Positions 49,751 to 64,000 of a DNA stretch of 64,000 nucleotides are shown one piece after another. Within the stretch, counting starts at the first letter, position 1. Each line of letters begins with the position of its first letter. Made by a program: the position numbers and the translations under genes. The notes below the pieces were generated by a model. That model did not search any database and was not told the DNA's origin. It saw nothing but the letters and a program-made list of their open reading frames with translations. This stretch comes from Eledone cirrhosa (lineage: Eukaryota): contig OZ024764.1 in assembly GCA_964016885.1 (NCBI GenBank), positions 20,150,001-20,214,000 of the forward strand, written 5' to 3'.

Positions 49751-50474
49751 TCTTTCATTGTATCATCCTTTATAGTGTTACCGAGGCATTTGTAATGTTA
49801 TTTATATATTTAAAACATATTTGTTATGTTTTTCTACTGAAAATTTATTTATATGCTCTGTTTATGTTTTCATTCTGAAGGAACTTATCCACTTGTGTTG
49901 ATATAAGTGATGCTATGACTTTCCTCTAAGCATTGTGTCATTATATATGTTATTATAAACGTGAATAAATTGAATTTATAGTGTGATAATAGGCCACACC
50001 TCACACCCTAGGGGTTAACTACACACTTTGAGGCAAGCCAACACACTGGCAGCATTACAACGGGTGATGGTGAGGCTAAGGTGCTGAAATAACCAGGTAC
50101 CCTCACGGAAACGACTAGATTTGTAGAAAAAGTAGGGTGAAAGTATACAAAGAGATGTAGTTTCACAGATCTACTCACACCTCACGTTGGGTGAGAATAA
50201 TTATTTTTCTTAGAATTCTTGCTATACCCCTTTTCCAGTATTTTTTCTCTGGACCCCTTAGATACTTGCGATAGACATTTTATTTCCCAGTATTAGGATT
50301 AGGGTTTCCGTTTTCAGGAAGAAAAGTTGATTGCAAACATCTAAGAGGTCTGAAAATAAAATTAAGGAAAGATAATTATTTCCCAGCCAACTGGAGAAGT
50401 GTGTAGCTCTTCTAAACTCTGATAATCCTGTCTCCCACTTCTTTATCTACAAATCTAGTCGTTTCCTGCTACTT

Positions 50475-51105
50475 TGTTCCCTGGGGTATGCCTTAGTATT
50501 TGACACCATCTATCTGTCTTACTCCCTAAGTAGCAAGAAGTCAATCTGTCTCATGTGTTCACCTGATTGGTAGGTTATTAGGTGGTTGGTAGGTTTCTTG
50601 AAGTGATGCAAATGGTTAGTTCACTTGCATCACAAAATACAAGAAGCCTCACTCCTTCATCGTTTCTTGAGCCATAACCATGACCACCATGTACCCCAGT
50701 ATATCCATCCTGGAGCTGCCCAACATGACCATTGAAGTCCCCTGCTATTATAACTAGGTCTCTGTCATTGTGGTTATCTCTACTTATTCCTTTTCTACAT
50801 ATGGAGCAGGGCCACTTTCCTGAAGGTGTCAGGGTCTTCTCTCCTATCCATTAGCACTTTAGTTTTGGCTAAGTATATTCTCAGAACTTACCATTTCAAA
50901 TTCTATATCTATAGCTGGTCATCTACATAGAGAAGTTTCCATAGACAGCCAGTCTTAAACCTCTCTGTTATGGCTAGGAGAACTATGATGAACAACAGTG
51001 GGCTAAGAACTAAACCATGATGAACTCCTACCTGTACCTTCAATTCCTCACTAAACACACTTTACTGACAGCTTCTCACAAGCCATTCTTCTACACCTAA
51101 TTTCC
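50475..51105 (-). mobile_element. RTE relic, truncated paralog
   Basis: Matches 2655-3290. Confidence 0.8.
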
Positions 51106-51109
51106 TTAA

Positions 51110-51317
51110 CCCTTTAGTATATAAACTGGCCATATCTGGCCAGACTTCTCCCACATCTTTCTGTTCAAACTGGCCGTAATTGGTCACTTATACTTATGTT
51201 AAGGTATTGTTCTCAAAATAAATAACATGAAAATCTCATAGATTTGATATTATGTGAGATAAAGCATTTACTGTGAAAATATAATAGTAAATATAGAGTA
51301 ATGTGAATACTAAAGGG
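51110..51317. mobile_element. piggyBac-type MITE (paralog)
   Basis: TTAA|CCCTTTAGTAT...ATACTAAAGGG|TTAA. Confidence 0.8.
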
Positions 51318-52239
51318 TTAATCTAATGTCACTAATAACTACTTTTATCTGTCAGTATAATCTAATGTCACTAATAACTACTTTTATCAGTCAGTTTAAT
51401 CTAACGTCACTATTAACTACTTTTATCAGTCAGTATAATCTAATGTCACTAATAACTACTTTTATCACTCAGTATAAGCTAATGTCACTAATAACTACTT
51501 TTATCAGTCAGTTTAATCTAATGTCACTAATAACTACTTTTATCTGTCAGTATAATCTAATGTCACTAATAACTACTTTTATCAGTCAGTATAATCTAAT
51601 GTCACTAATAACTACTTTTATCTGTCAGTATAATCTAATGTCACTAATAACTACTTTTATCTGTCAGTATAATCTAATGTCACTAATAACTACTTTTATC
51701 AGTCAGTTTAATCTAATGTCACTAATAACTACTTTTATCTGTCAGTATAATCTAATGTCACTAATAACTACTTTTATCTGTCAGTATAATCTAATGTCAC
51801 TAATAACTACTTTTATCAGTCAGTTTAATCTAATGTCACTAATAACTACTTTTATCAGTCAGTTTAATCTAATGTCACTAATAACTACTTTTATCACTCA
51901 GTATAATCTAATGTCACTAATAACTACTTTTATCACTCAGTATAATCTAATGTCACTAATAACTACTTTTATCACTCAGTATAATCTAATGTCACTAATA
52001 ACTACTTTTATCAGTCAGTTTAATCTAATGTCACTAATAACTACTTTTATCAGTCAGTTTAATCTAATGTCACTAATAACTACTTTTATCAGTCAGTTTA
52101 ATCTAATGTCACTAATAACTACTTTTATCAGTCAGTATAATCTAATGTCACTAATAACTACTTTTATCAGTCAGTATAATCTAATGTCACTAATAACTAC
52201 TTTTATCAGTCAGTTTAATCTACTGCCACTAATAACTAA
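51318..52239. repeat. 39-bp minisatellite (~23 copies)
   Basis: Same unit as in units A and B. Confidence 0.95.
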
Positions 52240-53182
52240 CCTATGTTAGGCAGCACATTCTTCACCAAGGAAGGCCTTAGTATTTATTACAGTCCATTTA
52301 TCAATATAGAAGTATTATATGAAATTTGTACTGATGTATTACAAGTTTCTGAGTATCTTATAATGTTCTTTTATTATTTCAGAATACCAGAGGACATTGG
52401 CATTAAAGAGCACGTTACATCAGACATATCCTCAACATTAACCATTTCTAATGAAAGACACTACCCATCATTTTCAAATAATTTTGAAAACATTAAACAC
52501 TTTGAAGGGATTTAATAATATAACTATATTTCTCAGTATTAAGCTGCTATTTGGAACATAACTTTGCACAATCTCATGAAGTTACAATGGAAAGTTTTTA
52601 GATAAATATAAAGACTGGTATGAAAAGGATAAAACACTTTTATATCAGTTGTTTCATCAACACCATTATTTAAAGACTAAAGGAAGCTGTTATACAGAAC
52701 AGATACAACCTTGTTTATATAAATCTATGGGAGAAATACTGGAAAATATTTCTTGTAAACTCAATAACACTTCTATTCTTTGCTGTCTGGAATATGTAGA
52801 AGATACAAAATAAAGCAGAAGAAATTTACACATGATTTTGTAAGATCTTCATATATTGACAAAGTTGATAGTAGATGGAACTACAGGAGTAGAAATATTT
52901 CCATTATTACAGGAATAACTAATGAAATAAAAACCAGAAAAATTAGATTCTTCATTGTCTGGAATTTGTACAAGATGATTTTATATGTATATTAAACTTG
53001 AAGAGATCTACAAAACAGTTTGTATCATCTTTAAATATAAAGAAAGACCAAAGTTGATGGAAATATATCTGGAGGAATATATTTTAGGAATAATATTATA
53101 AACATAAAGAAGAAAAATATCCATATATTGACAGGAGAAAAATATTAAAACTGTGAATTATGTGAGAAACTGAGGTGATTGA

Positions 53183-53896
<714 letters not shown>

Positions 53897-54622
53897 CTGT
53901 ATCAATATCAAACTCATTACATCATACTACTACAACAACAATTGTGTAGATCCATCATCCTTGCTAAAACTGGGGTCAACCTTGTAGGTTTTACCTAGGA
54001 CAGGGATCATAAAACCAGGTTTCCATTTTTGAAGCAGCGTTTGAAGATTTTGTGTAAATTAAAGTTTTTCACATTAAACTTTGATTTATTATACTTTAAC
54101 AGGTAAGATATATATTTGTATTTTTAGTAAAGGTTGGGAACTTCTGTAATTTAAACCTGCCAATAAAATGAAAACTTTTGTTGTTGCTAGTCAGACATTG
54201 ATATTAATTCTATTGTCCTGTACATTGTCTCAAATATCACAGATTAAACAGATTTTAACAATAACAACAGAAATCAATAACTTGTAAGCCTAATATCGAG
54301 CTTCCATTTTAACTATTTGATATTGTTATTCCCCTCCTGTCTCTTCAGGTCTTTTAGATTTCAACTTCTAACTACTGTACTATTCCATCACCAAGGCAAC
54401 ATTCATCTGGCTGACAGCTTACATCATTATACCACTGTAATCATTATACCACTGTAATATTTGTGGTAAAGTATTCTCTATTCTTTATATGTAGAACATC
54501 TAACTAAACACTTTAACTAACAAACTATTGTGCTATAGAATTGACAAAATTGAGCAATGTTTAATAAATGTTACAGATTTCTCCAAACTGTCGTTTACTA
54601 ACTTTAATTTGAAGCTATGTTA

Positions 54623-54991
54623 TCTATATACTACTAAAACTCTGTAATTGTGTCTTGTCTGTAATTTAATACAGCTAAAACAGTGCATAATGGGGAAATA
54701 CTTTGAAAGGAATAAAACAATTTTTGTATAAATTGGAGCACAGGTTCCCAAGATACAAGGTTTTCTGGGTACCTTCATAAATATAGGGACAGAAAGAGAT
54801 AGTGGTTGTGAGAGTGAGGAGACAGATGGAAGAGAGAGAGAGAGAGAGCTGATGGTGTTGTTTAATAAAATGTGTGTGTGTGTATATATATATACGTATG
54901 TGTATATTTTAACTATTTAATAATCATTTTTAAGTGACTTTTAAAAAATAGTTTTAAGGGAACGTGACCCAACAGGTCCCGGGTGGTCTAG
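54623..54991 (+). mobile_element. Complete non-autonomous Helitron, 369 bp
   Basis: A|TCTATATACTACTAAAAC...GC-rich hairpin...CTAG|T; no TSD; internal (GA)n and (TG)n(TA)n tracts. Confidence 0.75.
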
Positions 54992-55394
54992 TTTGTTACT
55001 AAATACTAGATATTAGAGGGTCATGTTGTTCTAGATGTGCTGGAAGAGCCATTCCATCTCGTGAGGCTCACACCAGCAGCTAGCCACCTCAGCACCTATG
55101 GTGGTATATTTATTATATTATTTATTCTTTATCATTAACATTAATACAAAATATAATTATATATTTTTAGAGAAGAACCTCTAATTTTATATAGCTTAGG
55201 GCTTCAGTAGGTAAAAGTCTGGCCCTGCTTGTCTTGTATTTTTTAGGGGAGAAGTTAGGGAATACTGTTATCGTGTGAAAGTTTTCTAAATCTTCAGCCA
55301 CTAACATGGAGAAGATATTTCAGTAAAAAGGTTCACATCCTGACATCTATAGCTGTTAACAATGAGATTGGAATTCATTATTAAACAAATGTTA

Positions 55395-57175
55395 TATCAT
55401 CATCACTGTTTAACAACAGTTTTTTCACGCTGGCATGGGTTAGACGAGTTATCCTGTTGTAAGCAATGCCAGGTCAGGTGACCATGTCTGGCTCCTACAG
55501 AACAAATTTTGGATTGGTTTCTACAGCTGGATGCCCTTTCTAGCACCAACCTTATTTACATTGAGTACTGGGTGCATTTTACCATCTCACCATCACGACC
55601 ACTTTACAGTGTGCGCTGGGTGCTTTTTGTTGTGACACCTATATGACCACTTTACAGTGTGGGCTGGGTGCTTTTTGTTGTGACACCTACATGACCACTT
55701 TAAAGTTTTGACTGGGTGCTTTTTGTCGTGACACCTACATGACCACTTTATAGTGTGGACTGGGTACTTTTTGTTGTGACACCAACATGACCACTTTAAA
55801 GTTTTGGCTGGGTACTTTTTGTTGTCACCTACATGACCACTTTACAGTGTGGGCTGGGTGCTCTTTGCTGTGACACCTACGCAACCGCTTTACAGTGTGG
55901 GCTGGTTTCTTTTTGTCATATCACCTACATAACCGCTTTACAGTGTGGGCTGGTTTCTTTTTGTTATATCACCTACATAACCGCTTTACAGTGTGGGCTG
56001 GTTTCTTTTTGTCATATCACCTACATAACCGCTTTACAGTGTGGGCTGGTTTCTTTTTGTCATATCACCTACATAACCGCTTTACAGTGTGGGCTGGTTT
56101 CTTTTTGTCATATCACCTACATAACCGCTTTACAGTGTGGGCTGGTTTCTTTTTGTTATATCACCTACATAACCGCTTTACAGTGTGGGCTGGTTTCTTT
56201 TTGTTATATCACCTACATAACCGCTTTACAGTGTGGGCTGGTTTCTTTTTGTTATATCACCTACATAACCGCTTTACAGTGTGGGCTGGTTTCTTTTTGT
56301 TATATCACCTACATAACCGCTTTACAGTGTGGGCTGGTTTCTTTTTGTTATATCACCTACATAACCGCTTTACAGTGTGGGCTGGTTTCTTTTTGTCATA
56401 TCACCTACATAACCGCTTTACAGTGTGGGCTGGTTTCTTTTTGTCATATCACCTACATAACCGCTTTACAGTGTGGGCTGGTTTCTTTTTGTCATATCAC
56501 CTACATAACCGCTTTACAGTGTGGGCTGGTTTCTTTTTGTCATATCACCTACATGACCACCTTATAATGTTGGCTGTGTGTTCTTTGCAGTGTGGGCTGG
56601 TTTCTTTTTGTCATATCACCTACATAACCGCTTTACAGTGTGGGCTGGTTTCTTTTTGTCATATCACCTACATAACCGCTTTACAGTGTGGGCTGGTTTC
56701 TTTTTGTTATATCACCTACATAACCGCTTTACAGTGTGGGCTGGTTTCTTTTTGTTATATCACCTACATAACCGCTTTACAGTGTGGGCTGGTTTCTTTT
56801 TGTTATATCACCTACATAACCGCTTTACAGTGTGGGCTGGTTTCTTTTTGTCATATCACCTACATAACCGCTTTACAGTGTGGGCTGGTTTCTTTTTGTC
56901 ATATCACCTACATAACCGCTTTACAGTGTGGGCTGGTTTCTTTTTGTCATATCACCTACATAACCGCTTTACAGTGTGGGCTGGTTTCTTTTTGTCATAT
57001 CACCTACATGACCACCTTATAATGTTGGCTGTGTGTTCTTTGCAGTGTGGGCTGGTTTCTTTTTGGCATATCACCTACATGACCACCTTATAATGTTGAC
57101 TATGTGTTATTTACAGTGTGGGTTGGGTGCTTTTTGTCATATCACCTACCCAACCACTTTGCAGTGTGGGCAGTG
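55395..57175 (-). repeat. RTE tail plus expanded 48-bp minisatellite (~30 copies)
   Basis: Homogenised unit atatcacctacataaccgctttacagtgtgggctggtttctttttgt(c/t) from ~55890, with longer variant monomers at ~56552 and ~57008. Confidence 0.95.
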
Positions 57176-57959
57176 AAGTATCAGTAATGCACCAGCTCCA
57201 ATATTCAGTAATCAGAAGAAGGGAGGTAGGCATAAAAGCCAAACTTGCTGTCTTCAATTAGGTATTTGTGCCAACCCTTACCTATGGTCACATATCTTGG
57301 GTAATGACCAAAAGAATATGATTGCGAATACAAGTGGCAGATATGGGATTCATCTGAAGGGTCTTTGAAGGAATGTTTCTCAATAAAGTGCATAGCTCTG
57401 AGATCAGAGAGTCACTCCAGGTGGAGCTGTTACTTCTCCTAATTGAGACATCACAGCTGCAATACTATGGCCATGTGGTTAGAATGTCTGAGGAAAGAAT
57501 CACTGGATAGATTTTACAGGCAAAACTAACCAGCAGGAGACCCAGGGGTAGACCTGAGCAAGATGGTCACATAACATCCATGATCTTGGCTGGTCTCTCT
57601 GGGAGATCCAGCCACATAAGTTGGAGTGGGTTGCTTCTGACAGGACCTGTTGGAGGGAGTGTTTGAGGACTCTGCCCCCAAGACTCTCTCTGGAATAAGT
57701 GGGTTAATAAGAAGAGGTTGAGGTTACATCATCAACATCAGATTTCCCTGCTAGCAAGGGTTTAATGAGTCTACTTCAACCAAGTAATTACTGAAGTGAG
57801 GCTACTGATCTCCCAGACAGACCAAGGATCTGAGACTTATTTACATAAGGTCTCATTAGCTACTGAGTGCACAAAAAAGGTTGTCATGATTGAAGGGTTC
57901 TCTGGCACTATTGTTGGGCAAGCTTTCTATGGCTAGATGTCCTTCACATGACCATTAAA

Positions 57960-59749
57960 TTTAGAAACATACAATGTACATACAAATGTTTTAGCAGCAT
58001 TCATGAATACAAAGTAATGAAGTAGTTTGACAAAAAACTAAAATTTAACATGTCAACATATACTTGCAGATTGTAACAGCAACAAATACATTGTACACAA
58101 ATAACAACAGTTGAAAACTGAACATTTATTTGCAACTATTCAACCATTTTCAGTGTTTTGTCCTGAGGCTAGGCACTTCTTTCTGTTGACAATGTTTGGT
58201 ATGTCTGGCTGAAATGTTTGTACAGTTCCAACTTTGATCAGATGACAAGTGTTGATCTGTCAGCCTTGTTCTCTGAGAAGTTTTTGTTAATTTCATGAAG
58301 GAAAATAACTGTCCACTCACATAGGTAGAACCAAACATTGCCATAATCTTTGTGACAAACTTTCTGATGTTAATAAACTTTTCAGGAAGGTATGAAAAGA
58401 AACCAGGTATCCCCACTACAAGATACTTTGTTCTGAGTGTAGAATCTGACTGCATTTCCAATAGTTCCATCTGCAGGCATTCTTCTGCCTTCATCAAAGG
58501 TGAATGGTGCTGAGAATACTGATGTTCAAAAAATGAGAAATCACAAAATCTTTCCTGAAATTTCTTTAACAACAATTCCAAGTGAGTGTCATACTTAACT
58601 AAGCTAAATACAGACTCAGTATTGGCAGTGTTTTTCAGTTCTTTGCACATAGGGAAATGAACTAAATTTTCTGCTGATAACGGAGATTTCCATAAGCTTA
58701 GTTTTCTAATGAAGCACTTGATGTCATCATTCAACTGATTGATGGGTTTGTTTTAACCTTGTAATTTCAAATTAAGATCAGTTAATTGTGCAGTAATATC
58801 CATAGCAAAAATCAGGTGTTGGAGCCAACTTTCATCTTTTATTTCATCTGTGTTTTAACCTTTTATCTCCAAAAACACAATTATTTCTTGTCTGAACAAA
58901 TAGAATCTTTTCAGCACTTTGTGACATGTCAACCTGCAGACTTCTGTGTAGAATGGAACATCGGTTAACTGATTATCCATATCTTCTAATAGAAACATGT
59001 TCAAACCTTGATGATACAGCCTTTAACTGTTGTTTCAGATCACCTGACATTTCATTAATCTGTTCAGCAACAGTGTTCTTGGTTAATGAAATGTCTTTGA
59101 ATAACTCTGCTTTCTCTGGACAATTTCAGCTGTTTTTACAAGACATTACTTTACAAAATCTCCTTCACTGTAAGATTTCCCACTCATGGCAATCATTCGA
59201 CTGAGTTCATAGCTTGCAGTAACGGAAGTGACATCCTCTTCCTGAATTAACATAAAACAGGTCTGTTGCTGTGTCAAGTTAGACTTCAATTCCTTGAGTC
59301 TTGAAACACACATTGGGGCTTCATATTTATCGTAAGATCGAGGGTTTGTTTCATAATGTCTTTTTAAATTGTACTCTTTTGGCATGGAGATGTAGTTGTT
59401 GCAAATTAAACAGTGTATCTTTCTGTTCAGCGTAGAGCAAAAATACTGTAATTCCCACTTTTCTTGAAACACTTGCCTTTCTTCGTTCAATTTCCTTTTT
59501 CTCTTAGCTGGAGGAGCACTAACCATTTCCAAAACAAAATCTTATGAAATTTTGAAAGAAAGTTTTCTGTTAATGAGCTGCACGTGATTAATGGAAGTTA
59601 AAAGTAGTTGACAAAAATTGCACAAAAAAAATAATTGTATCGAAAATGTTTTAAATTTTATATTACGAAAATGAAACATGCTCGCACTATAAAAACCTTT
59701 GTGTGGGCCGCAGGTTTGCTTGCCAAGGGCTGCATGTTTGACATGTCTG
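57960..59749 (-). mobile_element. hAT (Charlie/Buster, GTF2IRD2-like) transposon relic with its 5' end
   Basis: FQEKWE..YF....CLIC......KEYNLKRHY (59146-59532); MFGSTY...LFS.MK...RTRLTD (58150-58734); hAT-like terminus CAGACATGTCAAAC...GCGGCCC at 59749. Confidence 0.8.
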
Positions 59750-59849
59750 ATGCAGGTTACCAACACTAGGGAGGGCAGCATGTCCTTCAGTGTGTTCTGC
59801 TACATTAACTACCAGGAGGTCACCACATGACACAAAGACTACATTTCAA

Positions 59850-60230
59850 AGATGGGTCATAAAAGAACTAAATACGAAAGTCCTCACAGCAAAAAGGAAA
59901 TAATTGAGTTTTGGGTCTAGGTCAAGGGGCAGAAGTGCTGCGCCCTGTGGATAAGACTGCAAAAGTATTCGCCCCGGACGATGGACAGTGACACCCACTG
60001 CAACAGCCACCCCAACCTCATGGGGCTCCCTCTTCAGAAGAGCCACCAACGTTCTGATCTTACAGAGGAGCTTGGCAGTACGGGGTCCAAGTACTTCTGA
60101 GGTCTCGATGGTGACCGGTGTGAAGAGACCTACAATTGATGTCATCCCAGTTATGTTGGACTGTAATATACTGGGGTATAGAGAGGCCTTAACCTGTCTC
60201 AGCCGGGCCACCCAGGGTTGTGTCATCTAG
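59850..60230 (-). mobile_element. Old RLE-type non-LTR 3' fragment; partial paralog 18905-19010
   Basis: FTPVTIETSEVLGPRTAKLL resembles FQPVAFETFGGVGSLTARFL of the element at ~49480-49540. Confidence 0.5.
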
Positions 60231-60557
60231 GTACTAGACAGGGGTGACTAGACCATGTTGTCAACTGTCAACACCAATAGGAGTGAGGCGAGTGGGTCTC
60301 CTTGCTAGACACCATATATAAAACGTATTTGCTAATTACTTTAATGAATAATTTGTTTCATACGTAATTATTACTTTTAACACAATAGGATTTTGTACAC
60401 GTGTTTGTTTGAAAACATCTTTCAAAGAAGTATGAGACAGTCTTTTGTAGTGTTTATTATAATAAATTACTGTATGTTGAGCTGTTTTAACTTCTCCACC
60501 TTCCATTATTTTATATTGTTTTTGTAAAAAAACGAGATCTTTTTCATATATATATAT

Positions 60558-60770
60558 GAAGGCGTGTCGCTGAGTGGTTAGAGAATTGGATTCGGAATTG
60601 TGAGGTTGTGAGTTCGATTCTCAGACTGGGCGATGCATTATGTCCTTGAGCAAGACATTTTATTTCACGTTGCTCCTTCTACCTGGAGTTACCACCGATA
60701 GATAGTATAAGCAATTGGAAAGAAAAATGGAAACATTGTTTCCTCGGTCCGATTTGACGAAAAATCGATC
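60558..60770 (+). mobile_element. Full-length tRNA-derived SINE; 3' part also at ~19237-19325
   Basis: A-box-like TCGCTGAGTGG, B-box-like GTTCGATTCT and body ccttgagcaagacattttatttcac, set between (TA)n tracts. Confidence 0.75.
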
Positions 60771-62069
60771 ATAAAAAATATATATATAGAGAGAGAGAAA
60801 CACAAACATACACTACTGTATTACATATGTAAGGGGAGACAACTCTCGTTACATAAACCCTACTTTTTGATATACGTCCTTTAAATACTTTGTTCAATGG
60901 AATCTGCTTTATTTTGTGTCCTAAGTAGATTTCTGTTTAAGTATTTACGAGATTCACAATGATTCACGTAACCAAGTTACTTACATAGAGATATATTTCA
61001 CATAGAATCACAACAAATGAAAATATTAAGTCAACACTCTGTCAATCAGTCTCACATCACATGGAGTGCTGGAGTCTCCTTCTAATACTTTCTGAGACAG
61101 TCTTACCTTGAGTGATAGCAAGGCTAAGATGTTGGAACTACCAAACACCCTCATATGTATCACCTGACACCTTGGTAAGGAAAGCTGCCAACGATAACAA
61201 GAACCTCGTTGTCAGGGACCTATCTCCTCCAAACTTCTCCAACACCACAGACTAGAATATTCTACTCTTTATTCCCTATCAAATATATTTCAGTCTAGTC
61301 ATTTATCTTGTATCTTGTATATGTATTTTGAAAACTAACTGTCACATTTGTGAGACCCCAGTTAGTGATGTTTTTGTCTCCCTCCCACATCCTACATGCT
61401 GTAGTAAAAGTGAGGGTCACTGCTTCCGTAGACGAACGAAATAAAAGCTAAACTACCAGTAATTATCGGCAAAGTATTTATTCCAGTCTGATGTTTGAGA
61501 AGCTGGGCTGCTGACAACGAAGTTGTTGTCACTGTTGGCAGCTGGCTTTACCGAAGTACCCGATGACTCTTGTGAGGGTACTTAGCTGTTCTGGCAACTT
61601 AGCCTCCATATGACCCGATTTTACCGAGATACCCGGTGATCTCTGCCAGGGTACTTAGCTGTTCTGGCAACTTAGCCTCCATATGACCCGAGATAACCGG
61701 TGATCTATGTCAGGGTACTCGATTGATGCAGCACCCTACTATTTCTACCAACAGTTTATATCGAGGTATCAAGTGATACTCTTTTCAAGTCAAGACCTCC
61801 TCTGCTGTCCTCTGCCTTCCAACTGCCCTGTTATTCTACAGACTCACGAAAGTGGACACCACCTGAAGGAGAGAGTGGTTGGTGTAGTGGTCATCGCTGG
61901 CTATTGTTCAAGTGACACAGGTAAAATACAGTACCTAGACTGAGGTGAAACGTCTACCGTCCATTCCTCACCATCAACACCTTACTTTCTCTATTTGAAT
62001 TACATTTACTGTTTTCAACATCACTTTTTATTACAAACTTTACAGAATTTAATTCGGTAAAAATATTTC

Positions 62070-62201
62070 TTACGTCACAAAAATCCTTGAAGCATGCGCA
62101 GTGGTGCAGTTGTCGACTTCCTGTCCACGTGTTAGTCTTCCTACAACATCATTTAGACAACATTTCTGTAAATACTAAACACCTGAGACTATAATGTAAG
62201 T
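62070..62201 (+). promoter_or_regulatory. Candidate promoter and first exon for a fourth ZNF copy beyond the window
   Basis: TTACGTCA at 62070, GCATGCGCA at 62092, then ACTTCCTG and CACGTG, and donor GTAAGT at 62196. Confidence 0.4.
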
Positions 62202-62554
62202 ATTATGTCTATTAATATTGTAGATTTAAGCTCACTTTTCACATCACAAATATATATTTTCTTTGCTCAACCTTAAGTCTCACGTCAGAAATGAAATTTA
62301 TTTACATTTTCGATTTATTAAAAACTATTGTTTTTCTGAATACAAAAACTGGTTGGACGACTACGGGCTGGCACTACGTTAGTTGATGTTTTGGATGTAA
62401 ATGACATCGTTAATGAGAATATTACACTTGTTACTCTTATACCTGTCATACACGGTGACAATCTATGTTACAGTGGCTCGTAAGACGGCAGTGACAGTGT
62501 CAATTGTCCTGTTTGTAATGAAACCTGCACATTAAACCATTATTCTGAGACTCA

Positions 62555-62936
62555 CAAGAAATGGAGATGGCGATGTAACCCCGACAATGTCTCCCAAGCA
62601 GTGCGACATAATTGTTTTTTTCAAGGAAGCCATGTGCCACTCGATCACCTTATTTTTATTTTATACATGTGGTGCTACAATTATACACAAGCTGAGATGA
62701 TTCGAGAAACGGGAGTCTCCCAACCGACAATTATTGACTGGTGCAATTTTATTCGAGAAATTTACCAGCAATATTTGGAGGAAAATCGCCAACAACTTGG
62801 AGGCTTCGATGACAATGGTGAGTCCATCATTGTCGAGATCGACGAGAGCCAACATGGTACCAGAGCTGCTTTATTTCAATCTTATATTGCAGTCTTTGGC
62901 GACAGAGAGTTGGTGCCAACAAGTTTGGCGAGATGA
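62555..62936 (+). mobile_element. Merlin/IS1595-like transposase fragment (paralog)
   Basis: Nearly identical to 20800-21181. Confidence 0.75.
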
Positions 62937-63082
62937 TAAACTGCATTGGAGCAATTGATATGGTGTTTCATTACTGGAAATATAAAATGTTATGGTAATT
63001 ATCTATATTTTACCTCACACCTTAGGGGTTAACTACACACTTTGAGGCAAGCCAACACACTGGCAGCAATACCACGGGTGAT

Positions 63083-63678
63083 GGTGAGGCTAAGGTGCTT
63101 AAATAACCAGGTACCCACACGGGTATCACCTGACACCTCAGTAAGGTGAGGCTAAGGTGCTGAAATAACCAGGTACCCACACGGGTATCACCTAACACCT
63201 CGGTAAGGTGAGGCTAAGGTGCTGAAATAACCAGGTACCCTCACGGGTATCACCTGACACCTCAGTAAGGTGAGGCTAAGGTGTTGAAATAACCAGGTAC
63301 CCTCACGGGTATCACCTAACACCTCAGTAAGGTGAGGCTAAGGTGCTGAAATAACCAGGTACCCTCACGGGTATCACCTGACACCTCAGTAAGGTGAGGC
63401 TAAGGTGCTGAAATAACCAGGCACCCTCACTGGTATCACCTGACACCTCAGTAAGGTGAGGCTAAGGTGCTGAAATAACCAGGTACCCTCACGGGTATCA
63501 CCTGACACCTCAGTAAGGTGAGGCTAAGGTGCTGAAATAACCAGGTACCCTCACGGGTATCACCTGACACCTCAGTAAGGTGAGGCTAAGGTGCTGAAAT
63601 AACCAGGCACCCTCACTGGTATCACCTGACACCTCAGTAAGGTGAGGCTAAGGTGCTGAAATAACCAGGTACCCTCAC
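63083..63678. repeat. 62-bp minisatellite (~9.6 copies)
   Basis: Same unit as 21328-21489. Confidence 0.95.
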
Positions 63679-64000
63679 GGAAACGACTAGATTTGTAGAA
63701 AAAGTAGGGTGAAAGTATACGAAGAGATGTAGTTTCACAGATCTACTCACACCTCACGTTGAGTGGGAATTAATTATTTTTCTAGACCCCTTTTCAATAT
63801 TTCCTCTGGACCCCTTAGATACTTGCAATAGACATTTTATTCCCCAGTATTAGGGTTAGGGTTTCCGTTTTCAGGAAGAAAAGTCGATTGCAAACATCTA
63901 AGAGGTCGAGAAATAAAATTAAGGAAAGATAATTATTTCCCAGCCAACTGGAGAAGTGTGTAGCTCTTCTAAACTCTGATAATCCTGTCTCCCACTTCTT

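Noticed and set aside
51326-52249. Long repetitive ORFs (MSLITTFISQYNL)n, also 3513-4214 and 6156-7247
   Set aside because: Product of a 39-bp (13-codon) minisatellite lacking a stop in one frame. Copy number varies freely and one array is split by a LINE.
55833-57093. Cys/His/Trp-rich repetitive ORFs
   Set aside because: A 48-bp (16-codon) minisatellite open in several frames and derived from a retroposon tail.
60558-60630. tRNA-like A and B boxes
   Set aside because: Continues into a SINE body present in several copies; no convincing cloverleaf.

Overview
Repeat-rich eukaryotic DNA, most consistent with a coleoid cephalopod such as octopus. This is inferred from the finger-only C2H2 genes, (TA)n/(TG)n tracts, RTE LINEs and tRNA-type SINEs. 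The window holds about three diverged copies of a tandem segmental unit (A ~1-22101, B ~22102-50470, C ~50471-64000+). Each unit carries one C2H2 zinc-finger ORF (13, 14 and 8 fingers), a relic of a second ZNF gene, and a conserved promoter-like motif cluster with a splice donor. Flanks are closely similar between copies, but the finger arrays are reshuffled and four unrelated minisatellites change copy number. Shared and copy-specific mobile elements include RTE, CR1, CRE-like and RTE-X LINEs, two Gypsy elements, Tigger/pogo, hAT, Merlin, a piggyBac-type MITE, non-autonomous Helitrons and SINEs. The most notable items are a perfect 336-bp spacerless palindrome (22384-22719) with a minimal hammerhead ribozyme on each strand, two opposite-orientation RTE insertions at one target site, a young integrase-only LTR element, and an in-frame TAG in the unit-B ZNF gene that hides two more finger repeats. 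All family assignments come from motif recognition by eye; no searches were run.
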